DNA of 64,000 nucleotides from Podarcis muralis (Eukaryota): NCBI RefSeq assembly GCF_964188315.1, contig NC_135667.1, positions 13,702,001 to 13,766,000 of the forward strand, read 5' to 3'. Shown piece by piece: positions 38,965 to 49,707 of this stretch (position 1 is its first letter; each line of letters starts with the position of its first letter). The notes under the pieces were generated by a model. It saw only the letters and a program-made list of their open reading frames with translations, ran no database searches and was not told where the DNA came from. The position numbers and the translations under genes were made by a program.

Positions 38965-40684
38965 GCTCCCCAAGTCTCTTGCCCTGTCCTACTTAGCAGC
39001 CAAGATACCTCAACTTCTTACTTCAAGAGAAACCAAGATCATACCTTTTTCTCATTATCACCAAATGGGCCAAACTCCATGACATCGAGAAATCCTAGGA
39101 ATTTCCTGAATTTGTTCAGCCCATCTCTGACTGCAACGGTTCCCTTCAAAGAATTCTTCTGAAGAAATATTTGCTGCTTCTCGAAACCCATACTCTATGA
39201 AAGAAAACCATTATGAACTGAACATAACTTTTGTCAGCCTAAAAGTTGCAGATATGGGCAATGTATCATCATATTGTCATATGTGCACACAATTCAATGA
39301 CTATACTGAGAAGCAGAAAACTGGAAGCTGTTAGGCAGAGCATAGGCAAATTAATAACTACCCTTCTCCAGCAGAAACATGTGCTATTAACAATCAGGCC
39401 AAGTCTAATGAGGCTAGATTTCTAGCATTGTAACTAATGGGTTACCTTTAGGTATGAGACGAACACATTAATTTTTTTATCATAGAACTTCTATTCAATA
39501 TACAAAAAAAAAAACCCTTGAACCAACCTCTCCATTTTACCATTCTGTACTTTTAAATGAAAGTAATCCACATCTTTATGTGCCTCTCAGCCTTTCACCA
39601 CATTGTTATATGCACAGACATTTGTACACAGCAAATGCTGGAAACAAATGTGTACTACAAGCAAGTTCAATTTGCCATTCTTATTTATATGCAGGGCTGC
39701 CTCTGAAGATAGTTGCTGATTTTTCTTTGTTCTTATTATGTATGCATTTTGTGTTTTTAGCTTGTATTTTTATGTTGTGAACTGCCCTGAGATCTAAGAA
39801 TGAAGGGTGATATGCAAATTTGATAAATAATATTTACAGAATACACTTGCATAAAAGATCCCTAGGACTACATACGTCCTACCAAACCATGGAGTTGCAA
39901 GGGTTCAAATCTCCACTCTGCTATGAAGGTTACTCTCTCTCAGCCTAACCTCATAGGGTTGCTGCGAGGATAAAGTGGGGCAGGGAGAACAGCATATAAG
40001 CTCCTTGGAAAATGCAGTGATATATAAATGCATTAAACACATACTTTCACGGAGCAAAACCAGAGGCACAAGAACTCCCCTTCACAAAAGGCTTACCCAA
40101 ATGCAACCATAAGATTAAGTCCAGATGAGTGCATTCCAGAAGCACTGCTTTGATGTTTCAGGTAGGAGCCGTCCATTTTTCTGCAGGCTGTAGAAAGCAA
40201 GAGAGAAGGGGAAAGCATTAAGGGAGCACACAAGCAAGCCTCAACTCTCATTTGGAGAGGTTTGGCTCCAATTAAGTCATTAATGTAAAGTGGAGGAAGA
40301 ACACAAGACTACAGAAAGGCTTAAGAAATACTGCCTTCTAAGGCCAGAGATTTAATTGCCTTTTCTCCTACCAGGCCTTAAGAACCTTTGGGCTTCTTTT
40401 TGCTATTTCTGGGGAATTGTTTATAATGCAGCATCTTCACAACAGGCCTAAGCAAACCCACGCTTATTTTTATTCTATTTTTGTACTAAAACCATGTTCA
40501 CACCACCCATCAATAGGACCCAAACATGGTATTAAGCTTCCTAGTGTAGTAAACTTTGCTAGATACCTTGCACCCCTGAAAAGACCCACCGTCAAGCTTT
40601 CCCCCCCTCCTCATTACCAACTCAATGGGCCAGAAGAAAACTACTTCGGAGCGAGCGTGCCCAGTTTCCACCCCCGGACCAAAC

Positions 40685-41250
40685 CTTAAAAGCTTCGTCT
40701 TCAACACGTAGCCCGCATTTCATTTCGTATCACACCGATGCAATTAAAAAAACCGAACACGTGCTCTCTCCGGAAGGGAACAGAAGAGCGAGCCTTAGAT
40801 TTCCACTAGGATCTTTTTCACGGGGAAATACTCGGCACCGAAAGCGCTTTCAATGGCGCAGTAATCGGACAGTACCATGCTGCTTTGGAAGCAAGCCCCA
40901 CTGAAATCAGTGAAGAGCAAACTCACGAGCACTAATGCTAGAGTGGGGTGCAGACGATCTGAAAACAAAAATCTAGCAGCCCAACCCCCACCCGCACCGT
41001 GACTCTTTCCAAAGGCATTACAAGAACGGATGGCAAGAACTAACCTGCGATTAAGAATGGATTCGATAGCACAAACTACAAATGCTTACCCAGCGCCAAA
41101 GAACCGCAAGGCAGAGGAAGAAGGTAGGCGGGCCAGGAAATACTGGCAGACCGCCTTGGCATTGGCTGAGAAGGCAAGCCAATCATCTCTCGAGAGATTA
41201 GGCGCTTTTGTGACACTAACTCAAGAATACAATTTGAGTGAAAGACTGTG
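40685..41250 (-). promoter_or_regulatory. Putative housekeeping promoter and 5'TOP start of the snoRNA host
   Basis: Minus strand CTCTTCTGTTCCCTTCCGG begins at about 40788; ETS CCGGAAG at 40770; CCAAT boxes at about 41160-41190; CpG-enriched; candidate donor at 40683-40684. Confidence 0.5.
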
Positions 41251-41694
41251 AACGAGTCGTGATCTTACTGTTGCAAGTAGGTGGCGCTAATAAGGCCTTT
41301 CCTTGGCTTTGCTGCATCATTCAACCCAAGAAGGATACAGATTGTAAAGAATGATTACTTTCCATCAGCACTCTAAGGGTTAACCGTTAAACTAGTAGCT
41401 GGAATCTGCTTTTTTTTTTGTACACCGCTGCAATCAGCTATGTGGGTGCCTGCGGTAGTTTCTCAGAAAGACCAAAAAAATCTTAACACCACTTTTCATG
41501 ATATTCTTAGATTAATAGAAATCATTTTTATTTGTATTTATTGTTAAATTTCCACACTGCCTTTATTCTAAACAACTTAGCACAGCATAGATCATAATAT
41601 AAGAGCCTGCTAGATAGTATTTGAAATTAATTTATTCAGAGTTTCGGTCTGGGTTGGGGTGGTTTTTTTAGGACAAGGAAAGAAGGGGCAGAGA

Positions 41695-44500
41695 TCTAAG
41701 ACAAAATGTTGTTCTAGTTCTGGTGTTTGTGTACATTTCAAAATATAGCATCCTGATGCAGTTAAGGACTGGTTGCCACATCTAGAAACTTTTCAAACCA
41801 CACAATTCAATAATGTCTCAAAATTAGTTTAGATAAGTCATGTTCTCAAATATCTAAATATCAATACCCCAAATGTTTGTATTGTTCTTACAGCAACTCC
41901 ATACTGTTCTGGAAAATTGACTTACTTATAAATGTTGTTTCAAATGAATTCATTTAATTATTGTTTTCTTATGAAGCAAGGGCCTAGGCATGGACTAACG
42001 CAAACTATGAGTTCTATGTGTCAGTCTTATATGTGGTGTTGCTTCATTGCTTCTTTTTAGTGTCTAAGACAAAAATGTTGTTCCAGTTCTAGTGTTTGTG
42101 CACATTTCAAAATAAAGCATTCTGATGCATTCAAGGACTAGTTACCACATGTAGAAGCTTTTCAGACCACACAATTCAACAATCTCTTGAGATTAGATTA
42201 GATAAGTCATGATGGTCAATAAATAGCAATACTAAATAGCAATACTTTTGCAAACCCCAAATGTTTGTATTGTTCCTACAGCAACTCCTTAATGATTTTA
42301 TGACAAACCAACTTTAAGCAAGCATTTTCGAATTTGACCTTCTGGGTGTTGACATAAAAAGAGCCCTGCTGGATCCAGACAGACAAAGGCCAATTTATAG
42401 TTGTGTCCACAATGGTCAGCTAGATGCTGCCTGGAAGCCCCCAAAACAACATAGTGGCAATAACTGATATGATAAGGCTACAAGGTTAACTGGATGACCA
42501 ATTTAAGCCAGGGTCAAGTAACAGAAGATGCGAAATACATCATCATTATCACAGTTCTATATCTGCGGGACGCGGGTGGCACTGTGGGTAAAAGCCTCAG
42601 CGCCTAGGGCTTGCCGATCGAAAGGTCAGCGGTTCGAATCCCCGCGGCAGGGTGCGCTCCCGCTGCTCGGTCCCAGCGCCTGCCAACCTAGCAGTTCGAA
42701 AGCACCCCGGGTGCAAGTAGATAAATAGGGTACGCTTACCAGCGGGAAGGTAAATGGCGTTCCATGTGCTGCGCTGGCTCGCCAGATGCAGCTTTGTCAC
42801 GCTGGCCACATGACCCGGAAGTGCCTGCGGACAGCGCTGGCCCCCGGCCTCTTGAGTGAGATGGGCGCACAACCCCAGAGTCTGTCAAGACTGGCCCGTA
42901 CGGGCAGGGGTACCTTTACCTTTACCTTTATATCTGCAGGTGAGGCAATGGATGTGCTGAGCCTTGTCTTTCCTAACTAATGAACTAAATGAGAGCCAAC
43001 AAATTGAAGCTCAACAATTCGTTCCATCTCTTAAAAAAAAAAAAAGGCTCAACATGTCCACGAATGGTCTGGAGGGTGGCAGATGGGAATGGGCCTTTTC
43101 TGTAGTGGCTCCCCATTTGTGGAATGCTCTCCCCAGGGATGTTCAGCTGGTGCCTTTATTATACAGCCTTAGGAGTCAGGCAATAGTGTTCCTCTTAAAT
43201 CAGGCCTTTGGCTGGTTGACATCCGATACCCTTTTAAAGGTGGTGTGGGAGAGGAGGTTATTGGTTAAATATAAAGCATATTTTGGGGGCTCTTGGGGTC
43301 CCCCACACCTTGAAGCCCTTCTCTGTGCGCCCCCTCCAAAGGAGGTGCTGAGAGTGGCAACAAGAGAAGAGCCCTTTCTAGTAGTAGCCCCTGGTTGTGT
43401 CATGCTCTTCCTCATTAGGCTTGCCCGCCACTGATGTTATTAGCTTTTGAATGCCAGACACATACATTTTTCTCCTGGCTTCTGATTCTTTGAATCGGTG
43501 CAATTTCTATCTATTGCTTTTATTTTTTTATATTAAAAAATTATATCCCACTTTCCACATCATAGGTCTCAAGTGGCCTGTAACAATTAAGTGTACAATA
43601 TACACAACTTAAAACATCGCTAAAACTTCCAAAATTTAAAGTAAATAATTTAAAATCTCTCTCTCTCTGAAAAGAATAATAACCACTGGCATTGACCATT
43701 TTAACTGTCTGAGATGCATTCAGGATCCAAAGGCCAGAGAATGAGAGAGAGACAGAGAGATCCACTTCTTCAGTGCCATTCATAATCTTGTAAACTTCCA
43801 AAATGTCCATTTTTTTATTACTGAATTCAAAAGTCACAAACATGTTACACCTTTGTTACAAAATTATCAAATAACTGTGTCTTTCAGTGGCAGATCAGAC
43901 CACCATTCATCATTTGTGAGAAGGGATTGTGGAAAGAGAGAGACAGAGAGACCCAAGGATCTATGCCTTAGTCTAAGGTTTTTATTTCAACAATAACAAT
44001 ACAAGATAAATAAAGTTCCAACTCTACGATTCTATGATTCTATGGTTCTTTTTAATAAGTTTGAATTTTAAAATTACATTCTTAATTACTCATGCACACT
44101 GAAGCACACTCACTGGGCTGGCCATGGAAATCCCTCTCAATATTAGATTAGGTAAGTCATGTTGGTCAATATCTAAATAGCAGTACTTTCGCAAACCCCA
44201 AATGTTTGTATTGTTCTTACAGCAACTCCTTACTGATTTTATGACAAACCAACTTTAAGCAAGCATTTTCTAATTTGACCTTCTGGGTGTTGACATAAAA
44301 AGAGCCTTGCTGGATCCAGACCAAAGGTCACTTTATAGTTGTGTCCACAATGGTCAGCTAGATGCTGCCTGGAAGCCCTCAAACAATATGGTGGCAATAT
44401 AAGGCCCTGAGGTTTACTTGATGACTGCTGTAAAACAATTAAATTGTTCATCCAGTAAATCTCTCAGGGACAAGCAACAGAAGATGCAAAATAAGTCAAT
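41695..44500. repeat. Local dispersed duplications (segment X at 41695-41905, 42063-42545 and 44143-44500)
   Basis: Shared strings such as ccccaaatgtttgtattgttc(c/t)tacagcaactcc and gaccttctgggtgttgacataaaaagagcc. Confidence 0.8.
42567..42928 (+). mobile_element. Full-length Sauria SINE
   Basis: Same subfamily as 9483; 9-bp TSD tatatctgc at 42558-42566 and 42929-42937. Confidence 0.93.
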
Positions 44501-44552
44501 TTGTTAGTTGCTTTATCTTGCCCAGGGAAACACTCACAGTAGTTTATCCATA

Positions 44553-44906
44553 CAGTGGTGCCTCGCAAGACGAAATTAATTCGTTCCGCGAGTTTTGTCG
44601 TCTTGCGATTTTTTTCGTCTTGCGAAGCACAGTGTCGGAAAAGTTTTGGAAAAGCTTCAAAAATCACCAAAGTCTTCAAAAACTCAAAAAAGGCTACCAC
44701 ACCGCGTGCTATGAGTTGCTCCTCGAAGTCAAGTCGCAACTGTATTAACGGTGTTAAGAAAAAGGAAACAAACTTGCAAGACGTTTCCGTCTTGCGAAGC
44801 AAGCCCATAGGGAAAATCGTCTTGCGAAGCCGCTCAAAAAACAAAAAACCCTTTCGTCTAGCGAGTTTTCCATCTTGCGAGGCATTCGTCTTGCAAGGTA
44901 CCACTG
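44553..44906. mobile_element. Tigger-like MITE
   Basis: TIRs cagtggtgcctcgcaagacg / cgtcttgcaaggtaccactg; TA TSD. Confidence 0.9.
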
Positions 44907-45168
44907 TACCCGTATTAGATTATTTCATATCCATTTCTCCATGGCCTCCTAGGTCTCTTCCAAATCATCAGATTCAAATAGCATTTCAGTTGTCCCTTGC
45001 AAAAAGTCCTCCTTTTTGTTCAACATCAGTTTGAACCTAATAAAATTCGCTGAAAGTTCTACAGCACTGGTACATGCATCCATTCAAACTTAATACAATT
45101 AATGGCAAGATTACTTCATTATGTGACCCAATATCCTCTATGTGAGATGAGGGGTTGAGAACTAAGTA

Positions 45169-45394
45169 CAGTGGTACCTCGGGTTAAGAACTTAATTTGT
45201 TCTGTAGGTCTGTTCTTAACCTGAAACTGTTCTTAACCTGAGGCACCACTTCCCGCTAATGGGGTTCCCGCTGCCACTGCGCCACTACTGCGCAATTTCT
45301 GTTCTCATCCTGAAGCAAAGTTCTTAACCCGAGGTACTATTTCTGGGTTAGCAGAGTCTGTAACCTGAAGCGTCTGTAAACCGAGGTACCACTG
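45169..45394. mobile_element. Tigger-like MITE
   Basis: TIRs cagtggtacctcgg / ccgaggtaccactg; TA TSD. Confidence 0.9.
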
Positions 45395-46041
45395 TATTCC
45401 AAATATGGCAACAGCATACGTGTGTAAAAATGCATTCAGGTATTATTATTATTTATTAAAACTCTGTATCACCCTTCATCCTAAGATCACAGGACAGTTC
45501 ACTTTATAAAAAACAAAAAACAAACATGACATACCAACAAACAAAACAACACCCACCCCATTTTAAAAGGCTACAGGTTGTTTAATTAGCCAAAGGTTTG
45601 GGAGCAGAGCACTTAATTCAGATCTCTTTTATGCATGGATTTTACAGACCTGGGATTCAACCCTTATGGAAAAACTAACTGCAGTACAACAAGAATATCA
45701 TACCGAGGGGGGAGGAATCTTCTTTTCTTACGAAATGGTTTGATTTTATTGAATATGCACAATCCACTGAACATGCTTTCTGTCCACCAGCATCACATGG
45801 AATATCATGGAACGATTCATTTGTTTGACCACGACCCTAGAAAATGGTATATATTCTAAGTTCCGCTAATGCTATATTTTTGTTCCTGGAAGACTCTGCA
45901 CTCTGAGAAGGGGAGTGGGAGGGTTTTCTTGTGACTGTTATCTTCGTTTATCATCTGAAAAGAATAAATAAATGTGTCTTTTAGTTTCAATGTAGGTGGA
46001 GCGGTGTGTAGTTTCTCATTAACCCATAGCCTCTTCTATCC

Positions 46042-46140
46042 TATATAAACAGCAACTGTTCATACATGTCCCTCATTCTCCACCAAGAGAAGCAGTTGCC
46101 ACCTACTACAAAACTTTCTGTGTGAATACCACGAATACCG
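46042..46140 (+). promoter_or_regulatory. Core promoter and non-coding exon 1 of pore-forming-like gene A
   Basis: TATATAAA at 46042-46049; Inr TCATTCT with +1 at 46075 (TATAAA at -31); donor CCG/GTAAGT at 46141; acceptor ttgctttcttttcctag ends at 48270. Confidence 0.7.
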
Positions 46141-48281
46141 GTAAGTCTTGGAGGGATACTGGGCAGGAGCGGAGAGAAACTACTATAGAATTTGGGGCAT
46201 AAGGGAGAGAGTACTTTTTTGTGGACCTGCAGTCTAACTACCTCTTTATAATTATAAAGGATATAATCATAAACTCTAAGGTTTTTATTTCAGCAATAAC
46301 AGTACAAGTTAAATGAAGTTCCTTTTAATATCCCAACAAGCAGTCTACTAAAACAGATCATGTATTCCAGCAACAGACCTTGAATCTAAAAATGACATTA
46401 ATGCATATTCAAGCAGAATCTCTCTCTGGACAACTGAAGCAAAATCCCAGGGGGTTCCAGAAGGTGCTTCTTTGTGGACCTGTAGTCTAACTACTTCTTT
46501 ATCATTATTGAGTGCCAATGATATTCCCTGTGTGATATTGAAGTGACATGGAGCCTTCCCCAGTGGCAGAGGAAGGGGGGCGCCCCCCCCAGGTGTCATC
46601 TCTGAGGAGGTGTGACAAGAAGGCACACCTCAGGGGGCTCGCCCTGCCACCCCCAGGCGCGCACCGCCATCGTGCTGCCGCAGACGCAAGTGGAGGATGC
46701 GTCTAGAGTTATGGCACCAGAAGAGGGAGAGAGGAATAGCCACTTCTTTAGTGTCACGCATAATCTTATAAACTTCTATTATGCCCCTCTTTTTATATTC
46801 CTGAATCAAAAACACCCAAATGGTGGAGTTTAGTGGCTGATCAGACCACCAGCCCTTCTTGTGCAGAGTGAGGAAGAGACCCAAGAACACAGGATGTATA
46901 CCTCACTCTAAGGTTTTTATTTAAGCAATAACAGTACAAGTTAAATGAAGTTCCTTTTAATAATCCAACAACCATTCTACTAATACAAACCACGTGTTCC
47001 AGCAGCTGAGTTTGAACTTAAAAATGACATTCATGCATATTCAAGAACACTTTCCTCTGCCGAGCTGTAGCAAGATCCCAAGGTGTTCCAGGGACTCACC
47101 CAGTGCTCCTTTGGAAAATTGAAGACATGGTAGAGACTGTCGTAGCTTTAAGAAATATGATTTATACACATATTTAAACCTTCAGTCTGCATGGAGAGGG
47201 TGCAGATATTACAGCATGGCAATCCCAAGCAGGGATGATCAGCTAGTCTTAACAATCTGCACCTCCTGGACACGTTGGTGTTAGAAGGAACAAATCAGAC
47301 GCCACAAGAAAATACGAGGAGGAATAAAGAATTGGGGAATCTCTTCTCTTCCCCAACAGCCCTCATAGATGTGTCTTTCCATCCTCTCCTAGCTCTGAAC
47401 CTCAACAGTCTGGCACTATAGCTGTAGTTGCTGTACTGAGGTTGAGGGTATGCAAGTAAGTTTCTCTGCCCCTTCCAGTGCTGTATGGGTGAAAGGATGG
47501 TGTCAGTTTATTCACACAGTGAAATTTTTCTCCTCTTTCCAAGATATTCTGAGCTGTTAGGCAGTCTCTTCCCATCACAGCTGAGATAGGAAATTAATTC
47601 GAACAGCAGTTACCAGCATGGCACTCATGAGTGCCTGGGTGCCCTCGTATGGTGCTCACAAAAGGTCTCGGAAAATATCCCCTCAAAATCAACTGGCTCA
47701 GCCTCTCCATTTAATGGGGCTTCAGTATTGAAGGCCCACTCTTTAATATGTTCTGAACAAGGGAGAGGTGCAAAGAGCTTCTCTTTGTGAACAAGCACAG
47801 CAGTGATGGATGTCGGTGTTTTAGCCACACTGAGCCTTCAAACAAGCATTGATTTTCTGCAAAATCTGGATCTTTCGTTTCCCAAACAGCCATTCCCTAA
47901 AATCACAAAGCAAACTGCTTTTAAAAGTGATCAGCCTGTTAAACGCAATTTATATTCCTTGGAAGGGGTGGGTTGGTCTCCTATCAAATGGAGAGAGAAA
48001 TAGATAGAGAAATATGTCTTGACAAGCAGTAGATGTTTGGTTCGTCTTTCAAAGCACCTCACAATTAATTAGTAATCATTTACCTTTGGCATCATATTTG
48101 GCACTGGCAGGTATAACAGTCTCATAAGCAATGAGACTGTTTCCCAAGAGGTCTGCAAATTCTGTTAATTCTTTCATTATAAAAAATAATATAATAATAA
48201 AGTAATTACAAAGAGTAAATGAATGATCAATTTGTGAAATCTTACTGAATACATTGCTTTCTTTTCCTAGAATCAAGCACC

Positions 48282-49313
48282 ATGCCAGAGATAGTCCCTA
48301 AGAACAAAGCCCCAGGGGTTGATTTCTGTGGGGTAGATGAATATTACTACATTGTCCGCTCAGACCTGGGCTGCTACATGAGGTCCACCAATTTCCATGA
48401 GGGCAAAGACCTAGTAGTGTTTAGCCTGCACAGTTCCTGCACGGGAGGAGATCACTACTTAGCCCATGAGGATGACCTATTCTATATCATCAAAGGAGAC
48501 AACTATCGCCGTGTCAGCAACATGAATAAAGACTTGGATGCTATAGTATACAGCCTCCATCCCAACTGCCGCGGAGGGGACCATTACCTCTCAGCCTTTG
48601 GATCCTTCTATATCATTTTCCAGAAAAGAGGTGTTTACCGTCGGGTCAGTAATATGCATGAAGATACAGATGCAGTTGAATACACACTTCACCCAACTTG
48701 CAAGGATGGTCTCTATTACTGGGGCATCAAGGATTACTATTACTTTGTAAAACCCCATGATGAATGGGGCGTCCAGTACTATAGATGCACCAACTTCCAT
48801 GAAAATGTGGATGCTGTTACATACTCCTTCCATAGTGATGTTGTGAACATGCTCCCTGGAGGAATGGCTATTAGCCGAGGCCCAGCTTATGGTAAGTGGG
48901 AAGCTATCAAGACCATCTCCAATGACTCCAACACTCCCATTGTATGGAATAAGAAGATCACCAAGAAAGTGGGATACACCAAGCAGAAGATGAGCAGTGT
49001 GGAGCACAACTGGAAGATTTCCATGACTGCCTCATATCAGTCAGGTGCACTCACTGAAGCCATTGCCAAGTACCAGTTCTCTCTCACTGCTGAGTATGGT
49101 GGGAAGAGTGTCAACACAGAGCAGGAAGACTGGAATGAAGCCACTGAGATCGAAGAAGCTATTAATTTGACCCTGCAGCCCAATGAGAAGATGTACATAT
49201 GGCAATACCAGCTGGGTTTGGGCAAGGAAACGGTCTTGTTCTGCCGTGATATGAAATTTACGAGTGATTCTACTCCACCTACAGATATTCCTTTGCCACC
49301 TTCCAATAAGTGA
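48282..49313 (+). CDS. Unnamed 343-aa protein A: four beta-propeller-like repeats plus a predicted aerolysin-type pore-forming domain
   Basis: Intact single-exon ORF with AGCACCATG Kozak context 11 nt after an acceptor; internal repeats and alternating hairpin visible; conserved paralogue at 56414. The CDS is secure; the product is inferred. Confidence 0.9.
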   Translation: MPEIVPKNKAPGVDFCGVDEYYYIVRSDLGCYMRSTNFHEGKDLVVFSLHSSCTGGDHYLAHEDDLFYIIKGDNYRRVSNMNKDLDAIVYSLHPNCRGGDHYLSAFGSFYIIFQKRGVYRRVSNMHEDTDAVEYTLHPTCKDGLYYWGIKDYYYFVKPHDEWGVQYYRCTNFHENVDAVTYSFHSDVVNMLPGGMAISRGPAYGKWEAIKTISNDSNTPIVWNKKITKKVGYTKQKMSSVEHNWKISMTASYQSGALTEAIAKYQFSLTAEYGGKSVNTEQEDWNEATEIEEAINLTLQPNEKMYIWQYQLGLGKETVLFCRDMKFTSDSTPPTDIPLPPSNK

Positions 49314-49701
49314 AAAGAAAAGTGTTAGGCCAAAAGGCACCTTCAAAGGCTTCCTCTCTATTATAACATTTAATTGATTGCTATGGGCTAATATTTAGAC
49401 AATCTAGAGCTCTCATAAGGGGGCGTTAGCTGAGTAGGATATAAACATGCATAAGCTAAACACGAAGTGAGGTTAATGATTACTAGACATATTATATACT
49501 TTCATATGGACATACATATCCTGCTAGGCTTCTGTTAGAAAAGCATATCCAATATGTGCATGATGCAGGTGACCCAAGCTGAATGCCTTTTAGATAAGCT
49601 ACTATTTCCCTGGTGCCTATGAATCCCTTTGTCAAATTTGTGCCTTCAAATTAATTTGTACCTGCTGAACTATGGAATCTGTCCCACTGTTATACAAATC
49701 A

Positions 49702-49707
49702 AATAAA
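49702..49707 (+). terminator. Candidate polyadenylation signal of gene A
   Basis: First AATAAA after the stop codon (about 390 nt); conserved in unit B at 58223-58228. Confidence 0.5.

Larger units (their letters stand above)
35550..40788 (-). ncRNA. Putative multi-exon non-coding snoRNA host transcript (may splice into the CCNB1IP1 5' UTR)
   Basis: Candidate AG/GT-bounded exons at 40097-40186, 39045-39194, 38634-38776, 37881-37990 and 37577-37712; no consistent ORF; intronic snoRNAs; minus-strand AATAAA at 35575-35580. Confidence 0.5.

Noticed and set aside
39045-39194. 150-nt host exon that is open in phase 0
   Set aside because: Its paralogous exon (38634-38776) has stops in all three frames and the neighbouring exons give no continuous ORF
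48282-49313. Naming the protein natterin, Dln1/Aep1 or beta-gamma-CAT
   Set aside because: The N-terminal repeats do not look like DM9, jacalin or beta-gamma-crystallin motifs, so no gene symbol was assigned
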